From the NCBI GenBank assembly GCA_965214925.1, contig OZ244028.1, forward strand, positions 3,863,009 to 3,927,008: a stretch of DNA of 64,000 nucleotides. Reading direction: 5' to 3'. The notes below the pieces were generated by a model. It searched no databases. It was not told where the DNA came from and was given only the letters and a program-made list of their open reading frames with translations. This DNA comes from Candidatus Latescibacterota bacterium (GTDB lineage Bacteria > Latescibacterota > UBA2968). A program made the position numbers and the translations under genes. Shown here in pieces: positions 19,361 through 29,205 of this stretch (the stretch's first letter is position 1; each line of letters starts with the position of its first letter).

Positions 19361-20485
19361 ATGCTCACTTTGGAAGGATGTCAAAGCCGACAACAGCGAT
19401 TTCGAGAACGCCTCTCGGCAGCGGAGATTGACGCGGCAATCATCACGGACCATCGGGATATTTATTATTTTACCGGCGCGTTGTTGTCGGCCTATCCGGC
19501 ATTTTATTTTCCCGCGCTTCTGTATCTGGAAACCGATGGGGAATCATGGCTGGCGTCGTCAACCCACGAAGGCGATGCAGCAGTTGATGCGCGCGTGATC
19601 TACGACTCGCATGTGCTCTACACGATGAACCCCGACCCCATGCAATTGCTCAATGCCGCTGTTGCTCAGAAATTGCGCCACGTCCGGGGTGTTTCGCGTT
19701 TGGGCTGGCAGCGGGAAGCCATCCCCAAGTTGCTCGCAGACACAGTGGCCGATGCGGTGGGCGGTTCGTGGATCGGCATAGACGATCTGCTGATCGATCA
19801 GCAAATGAAGAAAGACGCAGATGAAATTGCCCTGCTGCAAAAGGCCATTGACATCAACCTGCGAGCTTACGACCGCGTGCAAGAGGTGATTGCGCCAGGC
19901 GTGAATGAGTTGGATGTGCTCTCGGCCGGGCAACAGGTGGCACTGCATTCGGCAGGCGAGGTGCTGCACCACGGAGGCGATTACCAGTGCGGGCAATTGG
20001 GCGGGCCTGCCAGAGATCGCGTAATCGAAGATGGAGAGTTGTACATTATTGATGCCCAGACCGCGTATCGCGGCTATTGGTCAGACCTGTGCCGAACCTT
20101 TGCCGTGGGCGACCCCACGGATTTGCAGGCATCGGTGTACGATCACTTAAAAGCGATTTTAGAGGATATTCCCAATCTGGTCAAACCCGGTGGCCGAGGG
20201 ACAGTGCTGTGGCAGACCCTCGACGCCAGAATCCGCGAGCATCCCCATCTGTCCGATGTGGGCCTGATTCACCACGCGGGGCACGGCGTGGGGATTCGCG
20301 CGCACGAACCACCCGATCTGAATCGCGATCGCGAGGGCATTTTTGAGGTGGGCAATGTGTTTTCATGTGAACCGGGTGCTTATAGCGAGGCATTGAATGG
20401 GGGCATTCGATTGGAGAACACGTTTCTCGTAACAGCAGATGGGGTCGAAAACCTAACGGATTATCCGCTGGTATTAAAACGCTGA
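19361..20485 (+). CDS. M24-family metallopeptidase (Xaa-Pro aminopeptidase/creatinase-like)
   Basis: Creatinase-like N-domain followed by a pita-bread fold with HHAGHGVGIRAHEPP and metal-ligand E/D motifs (FSCEPGAY). Confidence 0.8.
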   Translation: MLTLEGCQSRQQRFRERLSAAEIDAAIITDHRDIYYFTGALLSAYPAFYFPALLYLETDGESWLASSTHEGDAAVDARVIYDSHVLYTMNPDPMQLLNAAVAQKLRHVRGVSRLGWQREAIPKLLADTVADAVGGSWIGIDDLLIDQQMKKDADEIALLQKAIDINLRAYDRVQEVIAPGVNELDVLSAGQQVALHSAGEVLHHGGDYQCGQLGGPARDRVIEDGELYIIDAQTAYRGYWSDLCRTFAVGDPTDLQASVYDHLKAILEDIPNLVKPGGRGTVLWQTLDARIREHPHLSDVGLIHHAGHGVGIRAHEPPDLNRDREGIFEVGNVFSCEPGAYSEALNGGIRLENTFLVTADGVENLTDYPLVLKR

Positions 20486-20489
20486 CAAC

Positions 20490-21479
20490 TCAGAGCGCGA
20501 TGACCTCGCCCGTGTCCGCGGCTTCGCGCGCGTACAGGCTGATGCGCGTGACTTTGATGGCTTCCTCCGGGCCAATGATGTGGGGTGCTTTACCCGTGCG
20601 CGCGCCGTAGAGGTTGACGAGAAAGTTCTCCTCAGGTGGCAAGGGCAAGTCGCGGGGGGCTTCGCCCGCGCGCATCAGGTGCGCGCGGGTGTCAATGACT
20701 TCAATGACGCCTTCTGACCCGGCGATTCGGAGGCGGTCATCGCCGTGTGTGGGTGCTGTTGATGGCCGCAAATAATCGAAGTTGACCATTGCTGTTCCGC
20801 CATTGGCAAAGCGAAAGAGCAGGCCGCCGTGGTCTTCGCAGCCAGGATAGTCGGGATGGGCGAGGTTGCCGTGCAGCGCGGCGACTTGAGTATATTCTCG
20901 TGCAGTTGTCCAACGCGTGTAATCAATGGCGTGGATTGCGACCCAGGGAATGGTCCCGCCGTAAGTTGCTCGGTGTTTGAAAAAGTCCGCGCGCGTGCCA
21001 AAGCAATAGGATTTTTGGGCGGTTGCCAAAATGGGTTCGCCAATCAGACCGTCTCGCACTGCTTTGTGTACCGCGCGAAATGCAGGCGAAAGCCGCATGC
21101 CAAACATGGCGGTGAGGCGAATGCCGTTGGCTTTGACCGCGGTTTCAAGCGCGTCCAAATCCTCCAACGTGGTCGCAACGGGTTTTTCGCTGACAATATC
21201 GATCCCGCGTTTTGCAGCGGCAATCGAGGCTTCGGCATTGAGATAATAGGGACGACATATACTGACCAAATCGATCTCTTCGGCGTGGAGCATGTCGCGG
21301 TAGTCGCCATACACGCGGGTGCGCGCGGTGACTGCCGCGTGCTTTTTAACGCTGGCGAGGGTGTCGCCGGCGTGCCCCTTGGCGCAGGCGACCAATTGTG
21401 CCTCTTTGATATCCGCGATGCCGTCGAGCACCATGTTCTGATGCCCGTCAGAACCGATTTGTGCGATCTTAAGTGCCAT
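20490..21479 (-). CDS. Gfo/Idh/MocA family oxidoreductase
   Basis: MALKIAQIGSDGHQ Rossmann N-terminus and EKP motif (VSEKPVATT) typical of the family. Confidence 0.85.
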   Translation of the reverse strand: MALKIAQIGSDGHQNMVLDGIADIKEAQLVACAKGHAGDTLASVKKHAAVTARTRVYGDYRDMLHAEEIDLVSICRPYYLNAEASIAAAKRGIDIVSEKPVATTLEDLDALETAVKANGIRLTAMFGMRLSPAFRAVHKAVRDGLIGEPILATAQKSYCFGTRADFFKHRATYGGTIPWVAIHAIDYTRWTTAREYTQVAALHGNLAHPDYPGCEDHGGLLFRFANGGTAMVNFDYLRPSTAPTHGDDRLRIAGSEGVIEVIDTRAHLMRAGEAPRDLPLPPEENFLVNLYGARTGKAPHIIGPEEAIKVTRISLYAREAADTGEVIAL

Positions 21480-21571
21480 GGTGTTCCTTTCCGATGGGGA
21501 TTCCCGTGGACAGTGAAACGCAAAAAATATATCTTACCGTTCACACTCTGTCCCAAAAAAGGAGAAAAAAA

Positions 21572-23491
21572 ATGCTTTCGCAAAAGCATTCGGAAGAGGT
21601 CGTGAGAGACATTTTGATTTCGCGAGATGAATGGCGGCCATTTCCAACCGCGTCAACGCGCGAGGCGTGGGCGGCGTTGCCCCCCCGCGTTCGGCAGACG
21701 CAAATTGTGCGGGGGGAAGAACGCCTGAATTTTGAATGGCCCGCAGTGCCCGCGGTGCGATTTTTGGATTACGCGCGCAACGGCAATCGATCGCGATACG
21801 AAGCCTTGAGTTTTGGGCGGCGCACAGCATTGGCCGACTTGGTTCTAGCCGAATGCGTGGAGGGCAAAGGCCGATTTTTGGACGATATTACAAATGGCTT
21901 GTGGTGTATCTGCGAAGAGTCTTTTTGGGGCGTGCCCGCGCATATTGGCGTGCAAAAGGCGGGCAAAGGACTGCCCGATACGGCTGAGCCGATTGTCGAT
22001 CTGTTTGTCGCAGAGACGTCGGAATTGTTGGCGTGGACCGCGTATTTGCTCGGCTCGCAACTCAACTCGGTTTCGCGTTTGATCGCGCCTCGCGTTGCGC
22101 GCGAAATTCAATCTCGCGTATTGACGCCCCTATTGGAACGCGATGATTTTGGATGGATGGGCTATTCGGGGGCTCGCGTGAACAACTGGAATCCGTGGAT
22201 CGTATCGAACTGGCTGACCTCAAATTTGTTGATGGAAACTGATGGCGCGCGGCGAGTTGCCGCGGTGTATAAGGCGATGAAAACAGTGGATAATTTCATC
22301 GATCCCTATCCAAAAGACGGCGGATGCGACGAAGGCCCGGGCTATTGGGGGCGAGCGGGCGCATCGCTTTACGACTGTTTGGAATGGCTTCACAGTGCAA
22401 CCGATGGCGCGATGGATGTGTACGATGAACCGCTCGTTCAGAATATCGGCAAATTCATCTATCGCGTGCAAATTGCCGATCAGTACTTTATCAACTTTGC
22501 CGATGCCTCGCCTGTGGTCATGCCCGCCTTTGCCGTGGTCTATGGCTATGGCAAGCGCATCGGCGATGAATCTATGGTGGCACTCGGCGCGTGGGCTGCA
22601 AAACAACAAGGGGTTGCCGAGAAAGGCGTGACAGAAGCCTTTGGGAGCATGGGACGCGCGTTGCCCGCCCTGTTTTCACTGCGCGAAATTCTCGATACAG
22701 ACGCCCGACTGCCATTGCCGCGCGATGTGTTTTTGGACGAGATCGAAGTGTTTGTCGCGCGCGATCAAGGCGGATCGACCAAGGGATTTTTTGTGGGGGC
22801 AAAGGGTGGGCACAATGCCGAGAGTCACAATCACAACGATATTGGGCAAGTGGTGGTCTATGTGGATGGCAAACCCGTGATCGTGGATGCGGGTGTCGAG
22901 ACCTATACGGCCAAGACGTTTAGCAGCGAGCGGTATGCGATTTGGACGATGCAATCGCAATACCACACCTTGCCAACGGTGAATGGACAGATGCAGATTC
23001 CCGGGCGGGTGTATTCCGAGGCGGGAATTGACTATCACTACGATATTGCCGCGCGGGATGTGTCCCATACCGCAAGCGATGCGAAAGCCACATTCACACT
23101 GGATATCGCGCGAGCCTATCCGCCAGAGGCGCGGATCGATTCGTGGGTCAGAATCGTCGCATTGGATCGCGGCGAAGGCGTGACGATAACAGACCAGTAC
23201 GCTTTGAAAGCCGTGACCGCAGAAACGACATTGAATGTGTTGACGGCATGTGCCGTTGAAGATAGAGGTGATGGCACGCTGGCGTTGAACGAGGTGACAT
23301 TGGCGGATGGACGCATGTCAGGCGCCGCGCGCTTGCACTACGACGCCAACTTGTTCGATCTGGCGATTGAGGACATCGCCCTGGAAGACGCGCGCTTGCA
23401 AGCCGTATGGGGCGATGCGTTGAGACGGATCGCGCTGACGGTTAAAAATCCCGAGATGCAGGGCGCGTGGACAATTCGGGTAACGCGGTGA
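21572..23491 (+). CDS. Heparinase II/III-like family protein (polysaccharide lyase-like)
   Basis: C-terminal Hepar_II_III signature GGHNAESHNHNDIGQVVVYVDGKPVIVDAGVETYT and an alpha/alpha-toroid-like N-domain. Start at MLSQKHSEE with RBS AAAGGAG; the track's upstream extension overlaps the divergent gene. Confidence 0.75.
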   Translation: MLSQKHSEEVVRDILISRDEWRPFPTASTREAWAALPPRVRQTQIVRGEERLNFEWPAVPAVRFLDYARNGNRSRYEALSFGRRTALADLVLAECVEGKGRFLDDITNGLWCICEESFWGVPAHIGVQKAGKGLPDTAEPIVDLFVAETSELLAWTAYLLGSQLNSVSRLIAPRVAREIQSRVLTPLLERDDFGWMGYSGARVNNWNPWIVSNWLTSNLLMETDGARRVAAVYKAMKTVDNFIDPYPKDGGCDEGPGYWGRAGASLYDCLEWLHSATDGAMDVYDEPLVQNIGKFIYRVQIADQYFINFADASPVVMPAFAVVYGYGKRIGDESMVALGAWAAKQQGVAEKGVTEAFGSMGRALPALFSLREILDTDARLPLPRDVFLDEIEVFVARDQGGSTKGFFVGAKGGHNAESHNHNDIGQVVVYVDGKPVIVDAGVETYTAKTFSSERYAIWTMQSQYHTLPTVNGQMQIPGRVYSEAGIDYHYDIAARDVSHTASDAKATFTLDIARAYPPEARIDSWVRIVALDRGEGVTITDQYALKAVTAETTLNVLTACAVEDRGDGTLALNEVTLADGRMSGAARLHYDANLFDLAIEDIALEDARLQAVWGDALRRIALTVKNPEMQGAWTIRVTR

Positions 23492-23509
23492 GAAGCGAGG
23501 AGTGAGGAG

Positions 23510-24595
23510 CTATGCAATCAGGGCCTCGGATATTGCGTCGTGAAATTCGGGTCGGAGGTGCTTGATTTGCGCGTTCTCGCGGGTGGGGTGTACGCGGTTG
23601 GTGAGCAGGATAACGCCGAGGTCGCGGATGGGATCTGCCCATAAGGATGTCCCGGTGAATCCGAGAGAGCCAAAGGATTGCGCGCTAAAATGGCGTCCGG
23701 CTGAACTCCTGCCGGGCGAGACCGTGTCCCAGCCGAGGGCCCAGGTGCTGTTGGGCGCGATATTCGCCCGAGTGGTGAATTGTCGAATGGTCTGCCCGGG
23801 AAAGATGTCTGCGCCGAGCCATGCGCGAAGAAATTTCGCCAGATCCCCCGCTGTGGAAAATAGACCCGAGTGGGACGCAATGCCCCCCATTGCCGCGGCG
23901 TTTTCATCGTGGACTTCGCCGTGTACGAGGCCCTCGCGCAAGTGGGTGCTGTTTTCAGTGGGGGGAATGCGGTGCTTGAGACGAGGACGCGGACAGTACA
24001 ATGTGTCGTTCATTTGAAGCGGTTCGAATACGAGCTCCTCGGCGAGATGATCCAAGCGATTATTGCCGATGGTCTCGAGGATCACGCCCAGGACGAGAAA
24101 ACCCATATCGCTGTACGCGGTCTCTGTTCCGGGTTCATAAGCCAAGGGCAGTTGACATGCCGCGTTGAGTATTGCATCGCGATGCCTCACCCCTCGCGTC
24201 TCGCGGTAGAGATGGACATGCGCGGGCAAGCCACTGCAATGCGCCAGAAGATGCCGAACCGTGACGCGATCTTTGTTTTTCCCGGTAAAAACGGTCAGAT
24301 GGGATTGCACGGGCGCGTCGAGATCCAGGCGACCCTCGCGGACAAATAACATGCAGAGCGTTGTTGTGACCACGACTTTGGTGACAGAAGCCAAGTCGTA
24401 GAGGGCATGGATTTGCACGGGTAACGCGTTCGGTCCGTACGTGTGATTGCCCACCGCCCAACACGCGACAATGCCTTTGCGACGCAAGACGAGACCAACA
24501 GCGCCGGGTGTGGTACGCAATCGCACATGGCGTTGTAAAATTTGCCTGGCCCGGTCGAGTTTTAGCGAATCAAAACCGAATTGTTCCGGTATCAT
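23510..24595 (-). CDS. Serine hydrolase, beta-lactamase (class C/esterase) family
   Basis: S-x-x-K active-site motif LYDLASVTKVV. Start at MIPEQFGF with RBS AGGAG. The track's N-terminal extension is unlikely to be coding. Confidence 0.8.
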   Translation of the reverse strand: MIPEQFGFDSLKLDRARQILQRHVRLRTTPGAVGLVLRRKGIVACWAVGNHTYGPNALPVQIHALYDLASVTKVVVTTTLCMLFVREGRLDLDAPVQSHLTVFTGKNKDRVTVRHLLAHCSGLPAHVHLYRETRGVRHRDAILNAACQLPLAYEPGTETAYSDMGFLVLGVILETIGNNRLDHLAEELVFEPLQMNDTLYCPRPRLKHRIPPTENSTHLREGLVHGEVHDENAAAMGGIASHSGLFSTAGDLAKFLRAWLGADIFPGQTIRQFTTRANIAPNSTWALGWDTVSPGRSSAGRHFSAQSFGSLGFTGTSLWADPIRDLGVILLTNRVHPTRENAQIKHLRPEFHDAISEALIA

Positions 24596-24779
24596 TTGGC
24601 TCCTAGGTGAGGAGTGAGAAGCCCGCCTGACGCCAAGCAGAAAAACAGGCACTGTTTTCCTTCGCGTCGTGGAACTGCTGGCTTCGCGGATAACCCATCC
24701 AACGCCCCTCGCCACTTGGCACATGGCGTTTATGTGCCATATATTGCCGAAAGTGCGAGACAAAAACAAAGGAAATTTT

Positions 24780-25478
24780 ATGCAACATCAGAAGACGCGC
24801 TCGGCCGCCTTTGCAAAAATCTCGCTTTTTGCTTTGTTCGTTGCCGGCAGCGCGCCGGCGGGAGGGCAGGAGCGGGATGGCGTTCAAGCGCAGGTGCAGA
24901 TCGAACAGGTCGAAGCGATTGCGCGACATGTGGCGCGGGCGGTTTTGACAACAGGCGATTCACTCACCGCAGAACAAGAGGCATTGGTCAAACGCCTGAC
25001 ATTGCAATTGGCAGCGGATGTGGCATTTCTTGAAGACCAAAAACAGCGCGCGGAAAAAGTGCGCGAAGAAAGGAACGAGGCGATCCGCAACACCGCGAGC
25101 TACATTGCCAAAGGAATTGCCATTCTCATTGCTCTGCTGGTCTTGTGGTCAATTCTCCGCGCCATCGGCAAGGGCGTGCGCGCAGAATCGGGCGACGCGC
25201 CCTTGGGGGTGTTGATCGCCACGCGCACCGAAGCACAGGCTCGCAAATTCGGCACAACCCTCGTTGAAGAAAACCTGGCCACAGGCGGAACCGTCGCGCC
25301 GAGCATTCGGTCGATCTACCGTCGGGAGGATGGGATTCGCGAAGCGTCAGAAGCGATGGTTTTTTTGAAGACGACCCATGCACAACTCCGCGATCTAATT
25401 GGCCGCGCGGATGAATTGGGCGGGGGCAAGACGCTGGAACTCGTCGCAATATCACGAGTTTCGGGTCGCAAAAAATAA
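24780..25478 (+). CDS. Membrane-anchored CutA1-like protein (signal peptide, TM helix, truncated CutA-like domain)
   Basis: Signal peptide MQHQKTRSAAFAKISLFALFVAGSAPAGG and TM IAKGIAILIALLVLWSIL. The C-terminal region LVEENLATGGTVAPSIRSIYRREDGIREASEAMVFLKTT matches the CutA core (LVEerLAAC.n..p.i.SiYrWeG.i.e..E..l..KTt). Confidence 0.55.
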   Translation: MQHQKTRSAAFAKISLFALFVAGSAPAGGQERDGVQAQVQIEQVEAIARHVARAVLTTGDSLTAEQEALVKRLTLQLAADVAFLEDQKQRAEKVREERNEAIRNTASYIAKGIAILIALLVLWSILRAIGKGVRAESGDAPLGVLIATRTEAQARKFGTTLVEENLATGGTVAPSIRSIYRREDGIREASEAMVFLKTTHAQLRDLIGRADELGGGKTLELVAISRVSGRKK

Positions 25479-25566
25479 GGGTAGATAGCTCAAAATTTCT
25501 GCGAAGAAATACACGAGAAGTCGCGGATCGCGGTTGGATCCGCGACGCCGAGAGGCTGCCGATAAG

Positions 25567-26244
25567 ATGATGAAAGTCTGCATTGTTATACTTTTTAGTT
25601 TTTGCGCTGCTTCCGCATGGGCTGTGGATCAAGTGCGGGAAGAATATGCCCTGCATCTCGCGCGCGAGATTGTTCGCGCGCTGTACGGTTTTGAACGCGG
25701 GACGCGGTTGCCGCCTGCTGCGAATGCACAAGTGCGCGTCATTGCAAAAAAAATAGCTGCGGAATCAAAAGCGGATTTTCAGCCTGCGGTTTTCCCCGCA
25801 GAAGATCGCAAACTTTATCGCACGCTTATGAAACATGCGGGTATCGGGCTGATCTTATGTCTGGTAATTTTTGTGGTACACACGGTTATTCAAAAAATTT
25901 ATGACTCGCGGGACAATGGCAAAACCGATCTAAAAGTTGCGGTTCACAATGTGTTGCGAACCGCGCCTTATATACGCATTATCCCCATGCGATCAGAAGC
26001 GGAAGCACACCGCGTTGGCCGCGCGCTCATTGCCGAACGATTGGCCGCGCGGGCGGATATTTTTCCGCAGTATTCTCTGTCGAAAAATAAATACGCGGTG
26101 CTATTTGTGACAACTGTGAAAGGCCGCTTAAAGACGCTCGACAAACGCCTGAAGGATTTGTCTGTGTCCGTTTCGTTTCCGGTTTTGCATGGGCACAGAG
26201 CCTATTTGACCCATATTGCCGATGCGGCTGATGGGAGGGGTTAG
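25567..26244 (+). CDS. Membrane-anchored CutA1-like protein, paralog of the preceding gene
   Basis: Signal peptide MMKVCIVILFSFCAASAWA and TM GIGLILCLVIFVVHTVI. The C-terminal region ARADIFPQYSLSKNKYAVLFVTTVKGRLKTL...FPVLHGHRAYLTHI resembles the CutA motifs, including G..YL.WI. Confidence 0.55.
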   Translation: MMKVCIVILFSFCAASAWAVDQVREEYALHLAREIVRALYGFERGTRLPPAANAQVRVIAKKIAAESKADFQPAVFPAEDRKLYRTLMKHAGIGLILCLVIFVVHTVIQKIYDSRDNGKTDLKVAVHNVLRTAPYIRIIPMRSEAEAHRVGRALIAERLAARADIFPQYSLSKNKYAVLFVTTVKGRLKTLDKRLKDLSVSVSFPVLHGHRAYLTHIADAADGRG

Positions 26245-26414
26245 GGACGGGCGCGCTATCCGAATTTGATTTCACCCTGCAACTATTTCACGCGCAAACA
26301 ATGGATCTTTTTTTTCAACCACTGCGCGTCAATCCCAATTCTCTGGCTGTATGCGTTATCGCCGATCCAGCCATATTCCCCGACAATGTCAGGGACTTGA
26401 GATAACCCGGAGTT

Positions 26415-27086
26415 TTACAACAAGGCAATGGCCGCATCGAGGCGGGTAAAAATGTGGTCGGCTTCGTCGTGACTCTGATGTGCGGTAAAGAAATTGGGCA
26501 CCGCGAAAACCGTCATGCCAGCAGCTTTGCCAGATTGCACACCCGCAGCACTGTCTTCAAACACAACACAGGCTTTGGGCGCGACGTTTAGTTTTGCGGC
26601 GGTTTTGAGATAGATTTCTGGATCGGGTTTGGTATGCGTAACATCGCTGCCTGAAAAAATGGCCCCAAAAATGTCGTGGAGCGCGGGAGCATTGATGTGC
26701 GGCAAGACGCCATTTTGGAGCGTGGCGCGCATGCGCTGACGCGGCGTGGAAGATGCAATGCCGAGTTTGTAGTTCTTGTTTTGAAGGTGTGCAAGTAAGT
26801 CGAGAAAGCCGGGCATGAGGTCAATTTGATCGGGATCTGCAATGGCGGTTTCAAACCGCGTCATCCACGATTCGAGAAAGTCTTCGGGACGAATCGGCAA
26901 ATTGTGGTGCTCAACCGCATCCGCGCTGTTGTTTTCCACAGGATGTCCAACACAGCGCACATAACCCTCGCGTGGAATGTCAACCCCTAGTTCATTGAGG
27001 GTCTGGTTATAGGTATTGTAATAGATGGTTTCCGTATCGACAATCAGGCCGTCCATATCAAAGATGACGGCCTGGCACGGTTCGAA
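26415..27086 (-). CDS. HAD-superfamily hydrolase (subfamily IA, beta-phosphoglucomutase-like)
   Basis: Motif I VIFDMDGLIVDTE, motif II SST and motif III/IV K...FEDSAAGVQSGKAAG. Start at MFEPCQAV. Confidence 0.8.
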   Translation of the reverse strand, partial: FEPCQAVIFDMDGLIVDTETIYYNTYNQTLNELGVDIPREGYVRCVGHPVENNSADAVEHHNLPIRPEDFLESWMTRFETAIADPDQIDLMPGFLDLLAHLQNKNYKLGIASSTPRQRMRATLQNGVLPHINAPALHDIFGAIFSGSDVTHTKPDPEIYLKTAAKLNVAPKACVVFEDSAAGVQSGKAAGMTVFAVPNFFTAHQSHDEADHIFTRLDAAIALL

Positions 27087-27108
27087 CATGATTTCCCCTG
27101 TGACTTTT

Positions 27109-29040
27109 TTACAATCCGTATTCAATGGGTTCTTTTGCCACAACGCGCCGCGCAGTCGCTGCAATAGCATCGGGCGAGAGGCCCGCTTCATCGCGCAAGT
27201 CGCCCTGTGAGCCGTGCGAAAAAAAACGGTCGGGAATGCCCAGCGTATAGACGCGCTGCCCGTCTCTCATTCGATCGCTCAAATAGCGCGCCACAGCAGC
27301 ACCAAACCCGCCTTCAATGGTATTTTCTTCGACGGTAATCAGCACCTCATAGCAGTCGGCCAGATCATCGAGCATCGCCAGATCCATGGGTTTCACAAAT
27401 CGACAGTTGATCACAGCGGCAGAAATGCCGACTTCCAAGAGTTTTTCACGCGCCTGACACGCGTGATCCACCATAGTGCCCACCGCCAGGAATACCACAT
27501 CCTCACCCTGGGCCAATGCCTCCCACGAACCAATTGTCAACACTTCGGGGTCGCGCCCTGAAAGCGGGGTATGCACATTGCCGCGCGGATACCGAATGGC
27601 AAAGGGGTTATCGACTTGTTGCACCGCGGTATAGAGCAGATCGCGCAACTCATCGCCGTCCTTTGGCGCGGTCACGATCATGTTGGGCACACAGGTGAGA
27701 TACGACAGATCAAAATCGCCGTGATGCGTTGGTCCATCCGCCCCCACCAACCCGGCGCGATCCATACAGAAAATCACCGGTGCCGACTGCAGTGCCACGT
27801 CGTGAATGATCTGATCATAAGCCCGCTGCAAAAACGTGGAATAAATCGCGGCGACAGGGCGCATGCCCTCAAGTGCCATCCCGGTTGAAAATGTCACTGC
27901 GTGCTGTTCGGCAATGCCCACATCAAAAAAGCGGTCGGGATGCGCTTTGGCAAAAATATCCAGACTCGTGCCTTCAGACATCGCGGCTGTCACGCCCACA
28001 ATCCGGCTATCGCAATTGGCCAGTTCGATCAATGCCTCGCCAAAAACCGACTGATATTTGGGCAGGAGCGTTTTGGGCGACGGCGGGCTAATCGCATGGT
28101 ACTTTGTCGAATCCGCGCTATACGGGTCTTCCTCGCCCTCTTGCAGCGCGCCCTTGCCCTTGATGGTATGCACGTGCAACAGCACGGGGCCCTTCAAATC
28201 CCGCACATTCTTTAAGGTCTGCACCATCGTTTGCAAATTATTGCCATCGAGAGGCCCCAAATACCGAAATCCCAGTTCCTCAAAAAGAATGCCCGGCACC
28301 AGCATGCCCTTCAACCCCTCTTCAAACCCACCCAGCGCGCGGCGCAAATTTTCGCCCACAACGGGAATGCGCCCCGCCAAATTCCACGCTTCTTCTTTAA
28401 TTTTTTTGTAAAGCGGATCATTTGTAATCCGATCCTTCACGCGATTGTAAATCGGATCCGTAATCACGCGCGTCAAATAATGCGAAATCGCACCCACGTT
28501 GGGCGAAATGGACATGCGATTGTCGTTGAGAATCACCAGCAAATCGCGATTGGCAGCACCGGTATTGTTCAACCCTTCGAGCGCGATCCCACTGGTCATG
28601 GCGCCGTCGCCAATAACCGCGACCACCTTGTGTTGTTCACCCATCAAATCGCGCTGTGTCGCAAATCCCAATGCCGCGGAAATTGACGTGCCCGCATGTC
28701 CTACGGCAAATGTGTCGTACGGACTCTCTGTTCGCAGCGGGAACCCGCTAATGCCGCCCGGCTGCCGAATGGTCTTGAGTGCTTCACGCCGCCCGGTCAG
28801 CACCTTGTGCCCATAAGCCTGATGCCCCACGTCCCACACAATTTTGTCCTGTGGCGTATTGTATAGGTGATGCAAGGCCACTGTCAATTCTGCTGCCCCT
28901 AGGCTGGACCCAAAATGTCCACCAATTTCAGTCACCACGTCGATGATATATTGCCGCAATTCCGCGCAGACTTGCTGCAATTCTTCCATTGATAGGGGCT
29001 TTAAGTCATCGGGTGAATTGATCGTTTCGAGAAGGGTCAT
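27109..29040 (-). CDS. dxs: 1-deoxy-D-xylulose-5-phosphate synthase
   Basis: N-terminus MTLLETINSPDDLK, the TPP-binding GDGAMTSGIALEGLN motif and transketolase-like domains. RBS GGAGA lies upstream. The track's extension from 29205 is not needed. Confidence 0.9.
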   Translation of the reverse strand: MTLLETINSPDDLKPLSMEELQQVCAELRQYIIDVVTEIGGHFGSSLGAAELTVALHHLYNTPQDKIVWDVGHQAYGHKVLTGRREALKTIRQPGGISGFPLRTESPYDTFAVGHAGTSISAALGFATQRDLMGEQHKVVAVIGDGAMTSGIALEGLNNTGAANRDLLVILNDNRMSISPNVGAISHYLTRVITDPIYNRVKDRITNDPLYKKIKEEAWNLAGRIPVVGENLRRALGGFEEGLKGMLVPGILFEELGFRYLGPLDGNNLQTMVQTLKNVRDLKGPVLLHVHTIKGKGALQEGEEDPYSADSTKYHAISPPSPKTLLPKYQSVFGEALIELANCDSRIVGVTAAMSEGTSLDIFAKAHPDRFFDVGIAEQHAVTFSTGMALEGMRPVAAIYSTFLQRAYDQIIHDVALQSAPVIFCMDRAGLVGADGPTHHGDFDLSYLTCVPNMIVTAPKDGDELRDLLYTAVQQVDNPFAIRYPRGNVHTPLSGRDPEVLTIGSWEALAQGEDVVFLAVGTMVDHACQAREKLLEVGISAAVINCRFVKPMDLAMLDDLADCYEVLITVEENTIEGGFGAAVARYLSDRMRDGQRVYTLGIPDRFFSHGSQGDLRDEAGLSPDAIAATARRVVAKEPIEYGL

Positions 29041-29205
29041 GGTTTCTCCGGCTGATAAAGTCAAAAATGCCATTGCTTCAATATAATCAACACGCAGAAA
29101 ATCCCAAAGTTGAAAAAAACAGACTGGCGGATCATTGCCAGAATGCAAAAACAAAAAAAGCGGATGGTCGACCTTCACCATCCGCTTTACAGCAGACCTC
29201 GCCAT

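Noticed and set aside
20829-21605. 258-aa plus-strand ORF
   Set aside because: Antisense to the second Gfo/Idh/MocA oxidoreductase. No motifs.
27214-28816. Several 100-150-aa plus-strand ORFs
   Set aside because: All lie antisense within dxs.
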